From an uncultured Clostridium sp. (GTDB lineage Bacteria > Bacillota > Clostridia > TANB77 > CAG-508): a DNA stretch of 64,000 nt. Location: the NCBI GenBank assembly GCA_930980855.1, contig CAKNIZ010000003.1:32338-96337 (forward strand). The letters are read 5' to 3'. The position numbers and the translations under genes are program-made. This document shows, piece after piece, positions 18,900 through 28,655 of the stretch. Below the pieces are notes generated by a model. It made no database searches. It saw nothing but the letters and a program-made list of their open reading frames with translations, and was not told the DNA's origin. Numbering within the stretch: the stretch's first letter is position 1; every line of letters starts with the position of its first letter.

Positions 18900-20099
18900 A
18901 TGGCGAATAACAGAAGAAGGAAAACAAGAAAATCAAATGCAATAATTGAAACAATTAGTAACAAAAACTTCATAATAATTTCAAGCATCCTTTTAGCACT
19001 TATCATTATATGTGTAATTGTTAATGTAATACTTCATATAAACGAAACAAGAAAAATAGCAGAAGAGCAAAAAAGGATAGCAGAACATGTAGAAGAAGTA
19101 TACACATCAGCAGAGGCAGATATTGATGCCGCAAATAATTATAAATCAAACTCAATTATTAGAATTTCAGCAGTTGGAGATATATTATTTGGAAACAATT
19201 TACAAAAATATGGAGCAAATGAGAACGGATTGTACACAGATATTTTTTCAGACATATCAAAATATTTTAAAGATTCAAACATTGTTTTAGGAACATATGA
19301 GCATAACATTACGGAAGAAAATAAGGTATTTGCAAATGCAATAAGAGAAACAGGAATTAATCTTGTGACTTTAGCCAATAATCACACTTTAGATAATGGA
19401 CCAGAAGGACTAAATGAAACAAAAGAATATTTAGAATCAATAGGAATTGAAACAACAGGAGTATATAGAGAAGAACCAAGTAATAGAGTAAAAATTAAGG
19501 AAGAAAGAGGAGCAAAACTTGCATTTCTAACATACACATATGATGATGGCTCTACAGGAATAAATATCTACAATGAAGAAGATGTAAAAGCAGATTTAAC
19601 TTATGCAGAAGAAAACGCAGACTATGTGGTAGTACTTATGCACTGGGGAGATGTATATTCAAATAGTGCAAATGATACGCAAAAATCTCAAGCACAATTT
19701 TTAGTAGATAATGGTGCAGACTTAATAATAGGAGCACATCCATCAGCATTAGAACCAATGGAAATTATAAAAAATAGTGAAGGAAAAGATTGTTTAGTAG
19801 CATATTCGTTAGGAGATTTTACATCAGATTTTAGTAATGAAAACTCAAATTTGGAATTAATACTAAATATCCAATTATATTACAATTCAGAAGAAAATTC
19901 AGTTTCACTATATAAAGTAGACTATGTTCCTATTTATATGATAGATTATGGAGCAAAATATAAAGAAAATAGATTTAAATTATTAGATATGAAAAATGAA
20001 ATTGCAAACTATGGAAAAGAAGGAAACGATTTAGATAAGAAAACATACGATAAATTAGTTAGAGGAATAGATAAACTAAATAGTATTATTCAAAAGTAG
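18900..20099 (+). CDS. CapA-family (PGA_cap metallophosphatase-like) membrane-anchored protein
   Basis: An N-terminal TM anchor, then ISAVGDILFGNN, LANNHTLDNG, MHWGDVYS and GAHPS, typical of CapA/PgsA-like proteins. I chose the ATG at 18900, after GGAGG. Confidence 0.8.
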   Translation: MANNRRRKTRKSNAIIETISNKNFIIISSILLALIIICVIVNVILHINETRKIAEEQKRIAEHVEEVYTSAEADIDAANNYKSNSIIRISAVGDILFGNNLQKYGANENGLYTDIFSDISKYFKDSNIVLGTYEHNITEENKVFANAIRETGINLVTLANNHTLDNGPEGLNETKEYLESIGIETTGVYREEPSNRVKIKEERGAKLAFLTYTYDDGSTGINIYNEEDVKADLTYAEENADYVVVLMHWGDVYSNSANDTQKSQAQFLVDNGADLIIGAHPSALEPMEIIKNSEGKDCLVAYSLGDFTSDFSNENSNLELILNIQLYYNSEENSVSLYKVDYVPIYMIDYGAKYKENRFKLLDMKNEIANYGKEGNDLDKKTYDKLVRGIDKLNSIIQK

Positions 20100-20111
20100 T
20101 AGGAGGAATAT

Positions 20112-21389
20112 ATGAAAGTAGGATTTGTATCACTTGGCTGTAGCAAAAACTTAGTAGATACAGAAATGATGATAGGCTTATTTAAAAAGAATAAATATGA
20201 AATCGTAAATGACCCTTCACAAGCAGAAATTATAGTAATAAATACATGTGGTTTCATAGAGCCAGCAAAAGAAGAAGCAATAAATACAATACTAGAGATG
20301 GCAAAATATAAAGAAGAAAATTGTAAATACTTAATTGTTACAGGTTGTTTAGTAGAAAGATACAAAGATGACCTAATCAAAGCTATTCCAGAAGTAGATT
20401 TATTTATCAAATTTAGTGAATATGACTCAATTTGGGAACAAATAGATAATCTAATTAATTCTCAAACAAAAGAAGGAAAATTAGAATTTTTAGATAGAGT
20501 TATATCAACTGGAAAGAATTATGCATATATAAGAATTGCAGAAGGATGTAATAATTTTTGTACTTTTTGTGCAATACCATATATAAGAGGTAGATTTACG
20601 AGTAGAAAAATTGAAGACATTATAGAAGAAGCAAAAAAACTTGCCAAAGAAGGATACAAGGAGCTTATTGTTATAGCTCAAGATACTACAAAATATGGTG
20701 TAGATATCTATGGAAAGCCTAAACTAGCAGAACTTCTTCATGAGCTTAGCAAAATTGAAGGAATTGAATGGATAAGATTTTTATATGCTTATCCAGAGAC
20801 AATAACAGATGAATTAATAGAAGAAGTAAAAAACAATAATAAAATCTGTAAATATTTTGATATACCAATGCAACATATTTCAGACAATATATTAAAGAAA
20901 ATGAATAGAAAAAGTACAGGAGAAAGCATAAGAAAATTGATTGTAAAACTAAGAGAAAATATTCCTGGAGTAGTAATAAGAAGTACATTAATGGTAGGAT
21001 TTCCAGGAGAGACAGAAGAAGACTTCAATGAAATGTATGAATTCGTAAAATGGGCAAAACTAGATAAACTAGGATGTTTTACTTATTCGAAAGAAGAAGG
21101 AACTACTGCATATAAAATGGAAAATCAAGTTCATCCAATGACTAAAAAAAGAAGATACAATAAAATAATGAGCCTGCAACAAAAAATATCAGAAGAAAAC
21201 ATGAAAAATCATCTAGGGAAAACATTGAAAGTATTAGTTGAAGGAAATGGAATTGGAAGAACATACATGGATGTTCCAGATATAGATGGTGTAACTTATA
21301 TAAAAGGCAAATGCGAATTAAATTCTTTTGTGGAGTGCAAAATAACAGATATTAAAGAATATGATTTAATTGGAGAAGTGATTCAATGA
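20112..21389 (+). CDS. rimO: Ribosomal protein S12 methylthiotransferase RimO
   Basis: MKVGFVSLGCSKNLVDTEMM.. is an MTTase N-domain. The radical SAM motif is CNNFCTFC, and a C-terminal TRAM-like domain is present. Confidence 0.9.
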   Translation: MKVGFVSLGCSKNLVDTEMMIGLFKKNKYEIVNDPSQAEIIVINTCGFIEPAKEEAINTILEMAKYKEENCKYLIVTGCLVERYKDDLIKAIPEVDLFIKFSEYDSIWEQIDNLINSQTKEGKLEFLDRVISTGKNYAYIRIAEGCNNFCTFCAIPYIRGRFTSRKIEDIIEEAKKLAKEGYKELIVIAQDTTKYGVDIYGKPKLAELLHELSKIEGIEWIRFLYAYPETITDELIEEVKNNNKICKYFDIPMQHISDNILKKMNRKSTGESIRKLIVKLRENIPGVVIRSTLMVGFPGETEEDFNEMYEFVKWAKLDKLGCFTYSKEEGTTAYKMENQVHPMTKKRRYNKIMSLQQKISEENMKNHLGKTLKVLVEGNGIGRTYMDVPDIDGVTYIKGKCELNSFVECKITDIKEYDLIGEVIQ

Positions 21390-22519
21390 AAATATTAATT
21401 GTAATAGATCAATATGATAATTTGAGTAATGGAACAACAATATCAGCAAAAAGATTTGTAGATGGACTAAGGAAAGATGGAAATGAAGTACAAATATTAA
21501 GTACGGGGAAAGATGAGAAAGATAAATTTGGACTAAAAACATATTGGTTCCCAAAAGTAATAGATAAATACTTTAAAGCAAATGAAATGGTATTTGCAAA
21601 ACCAGATGAAGAAGTAATGAGGGAAGTATTTAAGAATCAAGATGTAATACACTTTTATATGCCATTTGTGTTAGCTAGAAAAGGTGTTAAAATAGCAGAA
21701 GAAATGCATATTCCACATACAACAGCATTTCATGTACAACCAGAAAATATAACTTATGCAGTTGGTCTTGGAACAAATCAATTGATAAATGATAAAATTT
21801 ACACATATTTTAGAACATATTATAATAAATTTAGACATATACACTGTCCAAGTAAGTTTATTGCAAATCAACTCGAAAATCATGGATATACAGCGAAACT
21901 TCATGTTATTTCTAATGGAGTAGATGAAGATTTCAAATTTGATAGAAAAGAAAAGCCAGAAGAATTAAAAGATAAATTTATTATCACTATGGTTGGTAGA
22001 TATTCTCCTGAAAAAAGACAAGATGTGTTAATTGATGCAATAAAGAAATCTAAATATTCAGATAAAATTCAATTAATACTTGGAGGAAAAGGCCAATGCT
22101 ATGAAAAATATAAGGAACAGTCAAAAGATTTAAAAAATCCACCAATAATGCAATTCTTTGAAAAAAATGATTTAGCAAATGTACTTTCTTATACAGACCT
22201 ATATGTTCATAGTGCAGATGCTGAAATAGAGGCAATATCATGTTTAGAAGCAATAGCATGTGGAAATGTACCAATAATATCTAATAGTAATGAATCTGCT
22301 ACAGTGCAATTCGCATTAAATGATAAAAGCTTATTTGAACATGGAAATAGTGAAGATTTAGCTAAAAAAATAGATTACTTTATAGAAAATCCAGAGTATT
22401 TAATACAAATGAGAAAAGAATATGCTGAATTTGCTAATAAATTTAGAATAGATAATAGTATAAAACTAATGGAAAAAATGTTTGAAGAAGAGATAGAGGA
22501 TTATGGAAAGAAAAAATAA
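21386..22519 (+). CDS. Glycosyltransferase family 4 (likely glycolipid synthase)
   Basis: A GT-B N-terminus (MKILIVIDQY..NGTTISAKRF) and a C-terminal E..E region (ADAEIEAISCLEAIACGNVPI). The start overlaps the rimO stop (ATGA). Confidence 0.75.
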   Translation: MKILIVIDQYDNLSNGTTISAKRFVDGLRKDGNEVQILSTGKDEKDKFGLKTYWFPKVIDKYFKANEMVFAKPDEEVMREVFKNQDVIHFYMPFVLARKGVKIAEEMHIPHTTAFHVQPENITYAVGLGTNQLINDKIYTYFRTYYNKFRHIHCPSKFIANQLENHGYTAKLHVISNGVDEDFKFDRKEKPEELKDKFIITMVGRYSPEKRQDVLIDAIKKSKYSDKIQLILGGKGQCYEKYKEQSKDLKNPPIMQFFEKNDLANVLSYTDLYVHSADAEIEAISCLEAIACGNVPIISNSNESATVQFALNDKSLFEHGNSEDLAKKIDYFIENPEYLIQMRKEYAEFANKFRIDNSIKLMEKMFEEEIEDYGKKK

Positions 22520-23228
22520 GGGTGATTTATTACACTGTTCAATAATTTATAAAATATTGAGCAGTTTGTTATATTTAATTGCATATCCAATTTTATTCAT
22601 CATTACTAAATTATGGCTAGGACTAAAGGTAGAAGGAAGAGAGAACTTAAATAAAGTAGGAGATGAATATATTACTGTTGCAAATCATATTAATATGATT
22701 GATTGCGCAATGATAGTACTTTCAATATTCCCACGAATTCCGTACTTTTTGACTTTGCAATCAAATTTAGAAATTCCTTTTATTAAATATTTAGTCATGC
22801 TTTTTAGAGGAATACCAATTCCTCGTAATATATCAGGAAAAGAAAAAATGGTAAATACAATAGATGGCTTATTAAAAAAAGGTGAAGTTGTAGGTATTTA
22901 TCCAGAAGGACATCTAATTCCGTATTATGACGGACTTAGAGAATTTAAAAATGGAGCATTTGCATTTTCAGTAAAAAATCAAGTACCTGTAGTTCCGATT
23001 TTATTTACTTATAGAGAGGTAAATGATATAAGAAGATTTATAAGAAAGAAACCTTTTATAACTCTTACAATATTAGAACCAGAATATCCAAAAAAAGAAA
23101 TTACAAAAGAAAATGTAATTGAGTTAAAAAATAGAGTATATAAAAAGATGGAAATGGAAAGAAGAATGAAAAAACTTTATAATGAACAACTAGAAAATGA
23201 CGCAGAAATGCAGGAAGAGAAAATATAA
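22503..23228 (+). CDS. Lysophospholipid (1-acyl-sn-glycerol-3-phosphate) acyltransferase family protein
   Basis: The HX4D motif NHINMID and the YPEGH motif are present, with an N-terminal TM segment. Confidence 0.8.
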   Translation: MERKNKGDLLHCSIIYKILSSLLYLIAYPILFIITKLWLGLKVEGRENLNKVGDEYITVANHINMIDCAMIVLSIFPRIPYFLTLQSNLEIPFIKYLVMLFRGIPIPRNISGKEKMVNTIDGLLKKGEVVGIYPEGHLIPYYDGLREFKNGAFAFSVKNQVPVVPILFTYREVNDIRRFIRKKPFITLTILEPEYPKKEITKENVIELKNRVYKKMEMERRMKKLYNEQLENDAEMQEEKI

Positions 23229-23231
23229 TTG

Positions 23232-23258
23232 AAAAGCCCCCCAAGCGGGGGGCTTTTT
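23232..23258. terminator. Bidirectional rho-independent terminator
   Basis: AAAAGCCCCCC-AAGC-GGGGGGCTTTTTT lies between convergent genes. Confidence 0.85.
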
Positions 23259-23540
23259 TCAGTACTTTTCTTCCTCATCTTCATCCTCGTCATCCTCGGA
23301 TTCGAAGAACTCTTGATAGAACATACCAAATCCCATACCGACTAGAGGAATCCCTGTAAGGGGACCATAGGCGATAATAAGGTTGATTGTCAATGAGAGT
23401 GTATCGCTTCCGGGGAGGACTGTTTTGGTTGCGTTGCAGTAAAGCAACACTAGACCAATGATGATGGAGATTGCTGCAGAGGCAGCGAGGCAGATGTTTG
23501 AAAGGGTGCTCCGGTTTTTGCATGCTTCATTGAATTTCAT
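23259..23540 (-). CDS. Small two-TM membrane protein with a poly-acidic C-terminal tail (compositionally foreign)
   Basis: 93 aa, MKFNEACKNRSTLSNICLAASAAISIIIGLVLL..GIPLVGMGFGMFYQEFFESEDDEDEDEEEKY. GGAGG precedes the ATG on the minus strand. G+C is about 46% by hand count over 23281-23460, versus a much lower value in the neighbours. Confidence 0.55.
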   Translation of the reverse strand: MKFNEACKNRSTLSNICLAASAAISIIIGLVLLYCNATKTVLPGSDTLSLTINLIIAYGPLTGIPLVGMGFGMFYQEFFESEDDEDEDEEEKY

Positions 23541-23798
23541 AACAATACCTCCAAAAAAATTGTTACTATTTATTATACCATATTTTATGTAAAATGTAAA
23601 ATTTGTATAAATATGATTGAAAAAATAGACGAATTAGTATATAATATATATAGTTGTAAGAAAGGTTAAAAATGGTGAAGAAATGAGAATTAATAAACTA
23701 TTTAAAAATATAAATATCATATTATAGTTGGAAGTTTATTAATTTTGTATATAAATTATAAAGTTCTTTCTTTAATGTGATTTAAAGGAGGGATTTTT

Positions 23799-24578
23799 TT
23801 GATATATTTAGAAAACGTGACCAAATCTTTTGGAAATAGAGAATTATTAAAAATAAATAAATTAGAAATTGGTGATGGTGAAAAAGTTGGAATAGTAGGA
23901 AAAAACGGAGCAGGAAAAACATCTTTAATAAATAGAATATTATCAAATGACGAGAATGTAAGAATTAGTGGGCAAGCTAAGATCGGATATTTTAGTCAGG
24001 ATTTGAGTATTTTAGATAATGAAGCAACTGTTTTTCAAAATGTTATGAATGATACAATACAAAGTGAAGTTACTGTTAGAAATATACTTGCAAATCTTAA
24101 TATAAAAGGAAATGATGTATATAAAAAAGTAGGAGTTTTAAGCGGAGGAGAAAGAGTTAAGGTATCTATTGCAAAACTACTTGTATCTGATTACAATGTA
24201 TTAATCTTAGATGAGCCTACTAATTTTTTAGATATACCTTCGATAGAGGCACTAGAAAAACTTTTAAGAGAATATAAAGGTACAATTTTATTAGTTACTC
24301 ATGATAAAACACTTATCAATAATATTGCTCAAAACTTATTAATTATAGAAGACAAGAATATTGTTGAGTTTGAAGGAAATTTAGAAAAGTATCAAGAATA
24401 TAAGGAAAAGAAGAAATTAGTAAATAAAGCAAATTTAGAAAACGATAAATTATTGCTTAGTATGAAGATATCTGAGATTATATCTAAGCTATCTATTGAA
24501 AAAGATGAAGGCAAAAGAAATGAATTAGAACAAATCTATAAGGAACTTATAGAAAAAAAGAAGGATTTATTATTATAA
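23799..24578 (+). CDS. Single-NBD ABC ATPase resembling the second half of ABC-F proteins
   Basis: TTG start after AAAGGAGGG. Walker A is GKNGAGKTSL, the signature is LSGGERVKV, Walker B is LILDEPTNFLD, and ..KIGYFSQD.. is present. The tail is K/E-rich and coiled. No partner permease gene is adjacent. Confidence 0.75.
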   Translation: MIYLENVTKSFGNRELLKINKLEIGDGEKVGIVGKNGAGKTSLINRILSNDENVRISGQAKIGYFSQDLSILDNEATVFQNVMNDTIQSEVTVRNILANLNIKGNDVYKKVGVLSGGERVKVSIAKLLVSDYNVLILDEPTNFLDIPSIEALEKLLREYKGTILLVTHDKTLINNIAQNLLIIEDKNIVEFEGNLEKYQEYKEKKKLVNKANLENDKLLLSMKISEIISKLSIEKDEGKRNELEQIYKELIEKKKDLLL

Positions 24579-24584
24579 AGTGAA

Positions 24585-24626
24585 AACTGTGTGAATTAGC
24601 TTAAAAACTAGTCACACAGTTCTTTT
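24585..24626 (+). terminator. Rho-independent terminator
   Basis: The hairpin AACTGTGTGA..TCACACAGTT is followed by CTTTTC. Confidence 0.6.
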
Positions 24627-24688
24627 CATGCAAAAAATCACTTATCACCATTTTAAGGCAAATTCATATTATATCTTGAGGTGATAAA

Positions 24689-25963
24689 ATGTTTTTTGCA
24701 TCAATTATACTTGCACTAATATCTCTCATTCTTTCAATATTAATAAGCATTGGTTGGATAACTGAAATAGCATGTTATTTTGGGTATTTTATAGCAATAT
24801 ATTTAGTAACCTTTGTTGCATTAATACCAGGATTTAATTATGTATTTACATTCTTCAGTCTATTATTTAATAAAAATAAAAAGAAGAAACCAATAAAATG
24901 CGAAGTAGATGTAACAGTTTTAGTTCCTGTTTACAATGCGGAAAACTTAATAAAAGAAACATTAGAGTCAATTAAAAATCAAAAGTACAATGGACGTATA
25001 TATATAAATATTATAGATGATGGTTCAACAGACAACTCTATAAAAGTAATAGAAGACATGAATCTAGATTCAAATGTTACTTTAATAGAATTAAAACATA
25101 AGGGAAAAGCATATGCATTAAATGAAGGATTAAAACGAGTAAAAACGGACTATACAATTACAGTAGATAGTGATACAGTTCTTCATCCATTAGCAATAAG
25201 AAATATAATGCATAAGTTAGTAAACTCAGGAAAAGATACAGCTGCAACAGCAGGAAGTTTATTTGTGAAAAATGCTAAAAAGAGTTTTATTACAAAATTA
25301 CAACAATGGGATTATACTTTAGGAATATTTGGTGTAAAACTAGTTCAAAGCGGATATAACTCAACATTAGTTGCACAAGGTGCGTTTAGTGCATATAAGA
25401 CAAAACTTGTAAGAGAAATAGGCGGATGGCAAGATTGCGTTGGAGAAGATATTGTTCTAACATGGCAATTATTAAGCAAGGGATATAAAACTAATTTTGC
25501 AAAAAATGCCGTTGCTTTCACAGAAGTTCCTGAAAATTTAAGCTTGCTTGGAAAGCAAAGAAAAAGATGGGCTAGAGGTATGATAGAGGCATTCGAAAGA
25601 GTAAAAGTTTATACTTCAAAGAAAATGAGCTTTAAATCTAAATTTTTAATGAGTTTAAATATATTTTTCCCATTTACAGATTTAGCACTTCTTATATTTG
25701 TGCCATTAGGGTTAATATTACTTGCTTTTTGTAATCCACTACTAATAGGATGGATATCATTACTTGTAATTCCATTAGGATTGCTACTATGTGCATTAAT
25801 TGAAATAAAAAGAAATAATATGATGAAAGAAATTGATTGCAAGTTAGAGAGAAGAAGTAAATTGGCATTTATATTCTATATATTAATATATGCATTTATT
25901 CTATCTCCTTATTGCTTAGCTGGGTATATTTCAGAATTATGTAGTAGTAAGAAAAATTGGTAA
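24689..25963 (+). CDS. Processive family-2 glycosyltransferase (IcaA/PgaC/cellulose-synthase-like)
   Basis: N- and C-terminal TM helices. The motifs are VLVPVYNAE, IIDDGSTDNS, VDSDT, GEDI and QRKRWARG (QxxRW). Confidence 0.85.
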   Translation: MFFASIILALISLILSILISIGWITEIACYFGYFIAIYLVTFVALIPGFNYVFTFFSLLFNKNKKKKPIKCEVDVTVLVPVYNAENLIKETLESIKNQKYNGRIYINIIDDGSTDNSIKVIEDMNLDSNVTLIELKHKGKAYALNEGLKRVKTDYTITVDSDTVLHPLAIRNIMHKLVNSGKDTAATAGSLFVKNAKKSFITKLQQWDYTLGIFGVKLVQSGYNSTLVAQGAFSAYKTKLVREIGGWQDCVGEDIVLTWQLLSKGYKTNFAKNAVAFTEVPENLSLLGKQRKRWARGMIEAFERVKVYTSKKMSFKSKFLMSLNIFFPFTDLALLIFVPLGLILLAFCNPLLIGWISLLVIPLGLLLCALIEIKRNNMMKEIDCKLERRSKLAFIFYILIYAFILSPYCLAGYISELCSSKKNW

Positions 25964-25990
25964 AAAAGAGGAAAAATTCCTCTTTTTACA
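25964..25990. terminator. Possible bidirectional terminator hairpin
   Basis: AAGAGG-AAAAATT-CCTCTT is flanked by A and T runs, between convergent genes. Confidence 0.45.
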
Positions 25991-27927
25991 TAAATAAACT
26001 AAACACTCCATTAATTAGCATACATAGTATTATTCCAATAGTAGTAGGAAGTATAAATGAAATAATACACCATTTCCAACTTTTTGTTTCTTTTTTTATA
26101 GTAAGTAATGTTGTACCACATGGGAAATGTAATAACGAAAATATCATAACATTTATGGCAGTTACTATAGTCCAGCCATTAGCGCTTAGTATATTAAATA
26201 TACTGTGAATATTATCCATTTCAACTAGACTTCCGGTTTGCATGTAGCACATAAGTATAATTGGTAAAACAATTTCATTTGCAGGAAGACCTAATATAAA
26301 TGCTGTTAAAATGTATCCGTCCAATCCCATAAGTTTAGCAAATGGGTCAAAGAAGTTTGCTATATATGTAAGTAAACTTATATCCGAAATTTGAATATTA
26401 GAAAGTATCCAAATTATAATTCCAGCAGGTATAGCAACAGATAAAGCTCTTCCTAGTACAAATAAAGTTCTATCAACTAATGAATGAATTAATATTTTAC
26501 CAAATTGAGGTTTTCTATAGGGTGGAAGTTCCAATAAAGTGCAATTTGTAGAACCTTTTAATATCGTTTTAGAAAGTACATAAGAAATTAGAAAAGTAAA
26601 ACCTATACCAATACATATTACAGTAAAGACTATGAATGTAGATATAAGGCTGGATTTTAAACTTTCTCCTGAATATATGGCTCCACTAAAGAAAATTGTA
26701 GCTATTGTAATTAGAAAAGGGAATCTTCCATTGCAGGGAACAAAACTATTTGTGAGTATGGCAATTAGTCTTTCACGAGGCGAACTAATAATTCTGCATC
26801 CTATTACACCAGCAGCATTACATCCAAATCCCATGCACATAGTTAGTGCTTGTTTTCCAGAAGAACAACATTTTTTAAAACATTTATCTAGGTTAAATGC
26901 AATTCTTGGTAGATATCCTAAATCCTCTAAAAGAGTAAATAAAGGGAAGAATATACACATTGGAGGTAGCATAACACTAACAATCCAAGTTACTGTTTTA
27001 TATACTCCATTAAATAGTAAGGAAAGTAGCCAACTAGGAGTGTTAATGTTTATAAAAAAGTTTTCTAATATTGGTCTTAAAAAGCTAAAGAATTGTGACA
27101 AAAGTTCAGATGGATAATTTGCGCCTACGATGGTAATCCAAAAAATGAGACAGAAAAAGAGTATCATAATTGGAATACCAAACTTTTTTGATGTTAGTAT
27201 TTTGTCTATTTTTTTATCTCTTTCATTATAATTTTCATTTTCAATAGTACAAACCTCAGATGTAATTTCATTTGCTTTAGCAAAAACTTTTTCTAAGAAA
27301 TCTTTGTCTGTTATACATTCTTCTATTCTATTGGGAGTAGGAGAGATTGCATTAGTGCAAACTTTTTGAGTGGTAACCATTAAATTTTGTAATGTCTTTT
27401 TCTTTCTCGCAATTGTACCAACAACAGGAACTCCAAGTATGGTAGATAATTTTTCAAGATTAATTTTAATTCCTTTTTTCCTAGCTTCATCTAATAAATT
27501 CACACAAACAATTACTTTATCTGTTAAATTCATTATTTGATATACCAAGTTTAAATTTCTTTCTAAACATGTTGCATCAACTATAACTAATGTAACATCT
27601 GCTTTTCCAGAACTTATATAGTCTTTTGCAACTTTCTCTTCTTCAGAATCTGTGAGCAAAGAGTAAGTTCCGAGGGATATCTACTAACAAGTATTTTTTA
27701 TTATTATATGTACATATTCCAGCAGCATTTTCAACAGTTTTGCCAGTCCAATTTCCGGTATGTTGATGCATCCCTGTAAGACCATTGAAAATAGTAGACT
27801 TTCCAACATTGGGATTTCCAGCTATTGCAATGGTATAATCGTAATTATTAAAATCATTTATATTAGATATAATCTTATTCCCAGTAGAGTTTTTAGATAG
27901 TCCCATATATGCCTCCTGCTTAATCAT
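25986..27927 (-). pseudogene. feoB: Ferrous iron transporter FeoB, disrupted by a 1-nt frameshift
   Basis: The ORF at 27643-27927 encodes the G-domain ([25 protein letters not shown]) and then leaves frame. The ORF at 25986-27659 continues with ..[14 protein letters not shown].. and the membrane domain. Removing one C from GATATCCCTCGGAAC (about 27671-27676, minus-strand reading) restores [15 protein letters not shown]. Confidence 0.85.
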
Positions 27928-28187
27928 ATGAATATGGGTTGTACGAATATGTTAGAAGTGTGAAAGAAAAATGCGAAAAGCAATTGACAAATGTAAGAAA
28001 TAGATGTAAATAAACATAGAAGAGGAACTATGTATTTTAGGCGAACCTAAAAATTGCTTAAAGTATATAGTTTTTTTGTGCGTTAAAAAATTTGAAAACA
28101 CGGGAGGAATAAAATGAAAAAAGAAAGTAAAGTGCAAAATAATAAGAGAAGAAGGATAATAACACTAATGATAGTTATGATTTTAAA

Positions 28188-28586
28188 ATGAAGGCAGGAA
28201 AAAAATTAAGTGAAATAACAGGAAATGAAACATTGAACACAGTTGCCTATGATAGTTTAGGAAACAAAGTAGTAATTCCAGCAAAGTTTAAAGTATTGAA
28301 CCCGACGGATAATGTAGAAAATGGAATAATAATTGAGGATGTTGGTGCCGGTAATAATAATACAAAAGGAAATCAATTTATATGGATACCAATAGGGAAA
28401 ATAAAAACGACTGAAGGAGAAAAAGAAATAACTTTTGGAAGATATACATATAATCATATAACTCAACCGCAAGCAGCAAGTTTATGTCAAAGTATGTATA
28501 GTAATAATAATTTTACAAGTTACCGCGGTTTTGGAACTGCAAATTATAAATATAATATGGTAGCTAGACCTATTTTATATTTGTAA
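28188..28586 (+). CDS. Hypothetical protein, possibly the downstream part of a split gene
   Basis: 132-aa ORF. A 25-codon ORF at 28114-28188 (MKKESKVQNNKRRRIITLMIVMILK) looks like the signal-anchor of the same gene, cut off by a frameshift. I recognise no family with confidence. Confidence 0.35.
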   Translation: MKAGKKLSEITGNETLNTVAYDSLGNKVVIPAKFKVLNPTDNVENGIIIEDVGAGNNNTKGNQFIWIPIGKIKTTEGEKEITFGRYTYNHITQPQAASLCQSMYSNNNFTSYRGFGTANYKYNMVARPILYL

Positions 28587-28655
28587 TATAAAAAGTGCTT
28601 CCGAAAACTTCCTTTTTCTGATATAATGTAAAAAAATAATGAAATGAGGGATTTT

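Noticed and set aside
23290-23523. Alternative-frame 77-aa ORF overlapping the GC-rich small gene.
   Set aside because: It is on the same strand and shifted one frame, lacks an SD, and is rich in R/S/P as expected for an off-frame reading of a GC-richer gene. The 93-aa frame has the SD and clear TM helices.
25957-27117. Plus-strand ORFs 25957-26208 and 26632-27117 opposite feoB.
   Set aside because: They are antisense to a recognisable FeoB membrane domain, and neither has an RBS or family resemblance.
28600-28615. Recurrent TGATATAAT strings (about 28604, 49322, 51091) as a mobile or regulatory repeat.
   Set aside because: TGnTATAAT is simply the consensus extended -10 element of Firmicutes promoters. 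Only the 49303-49342 / 51069-51108 pair shows similarity extending beyond the hexamer, and it is discussed under the cargo finding.
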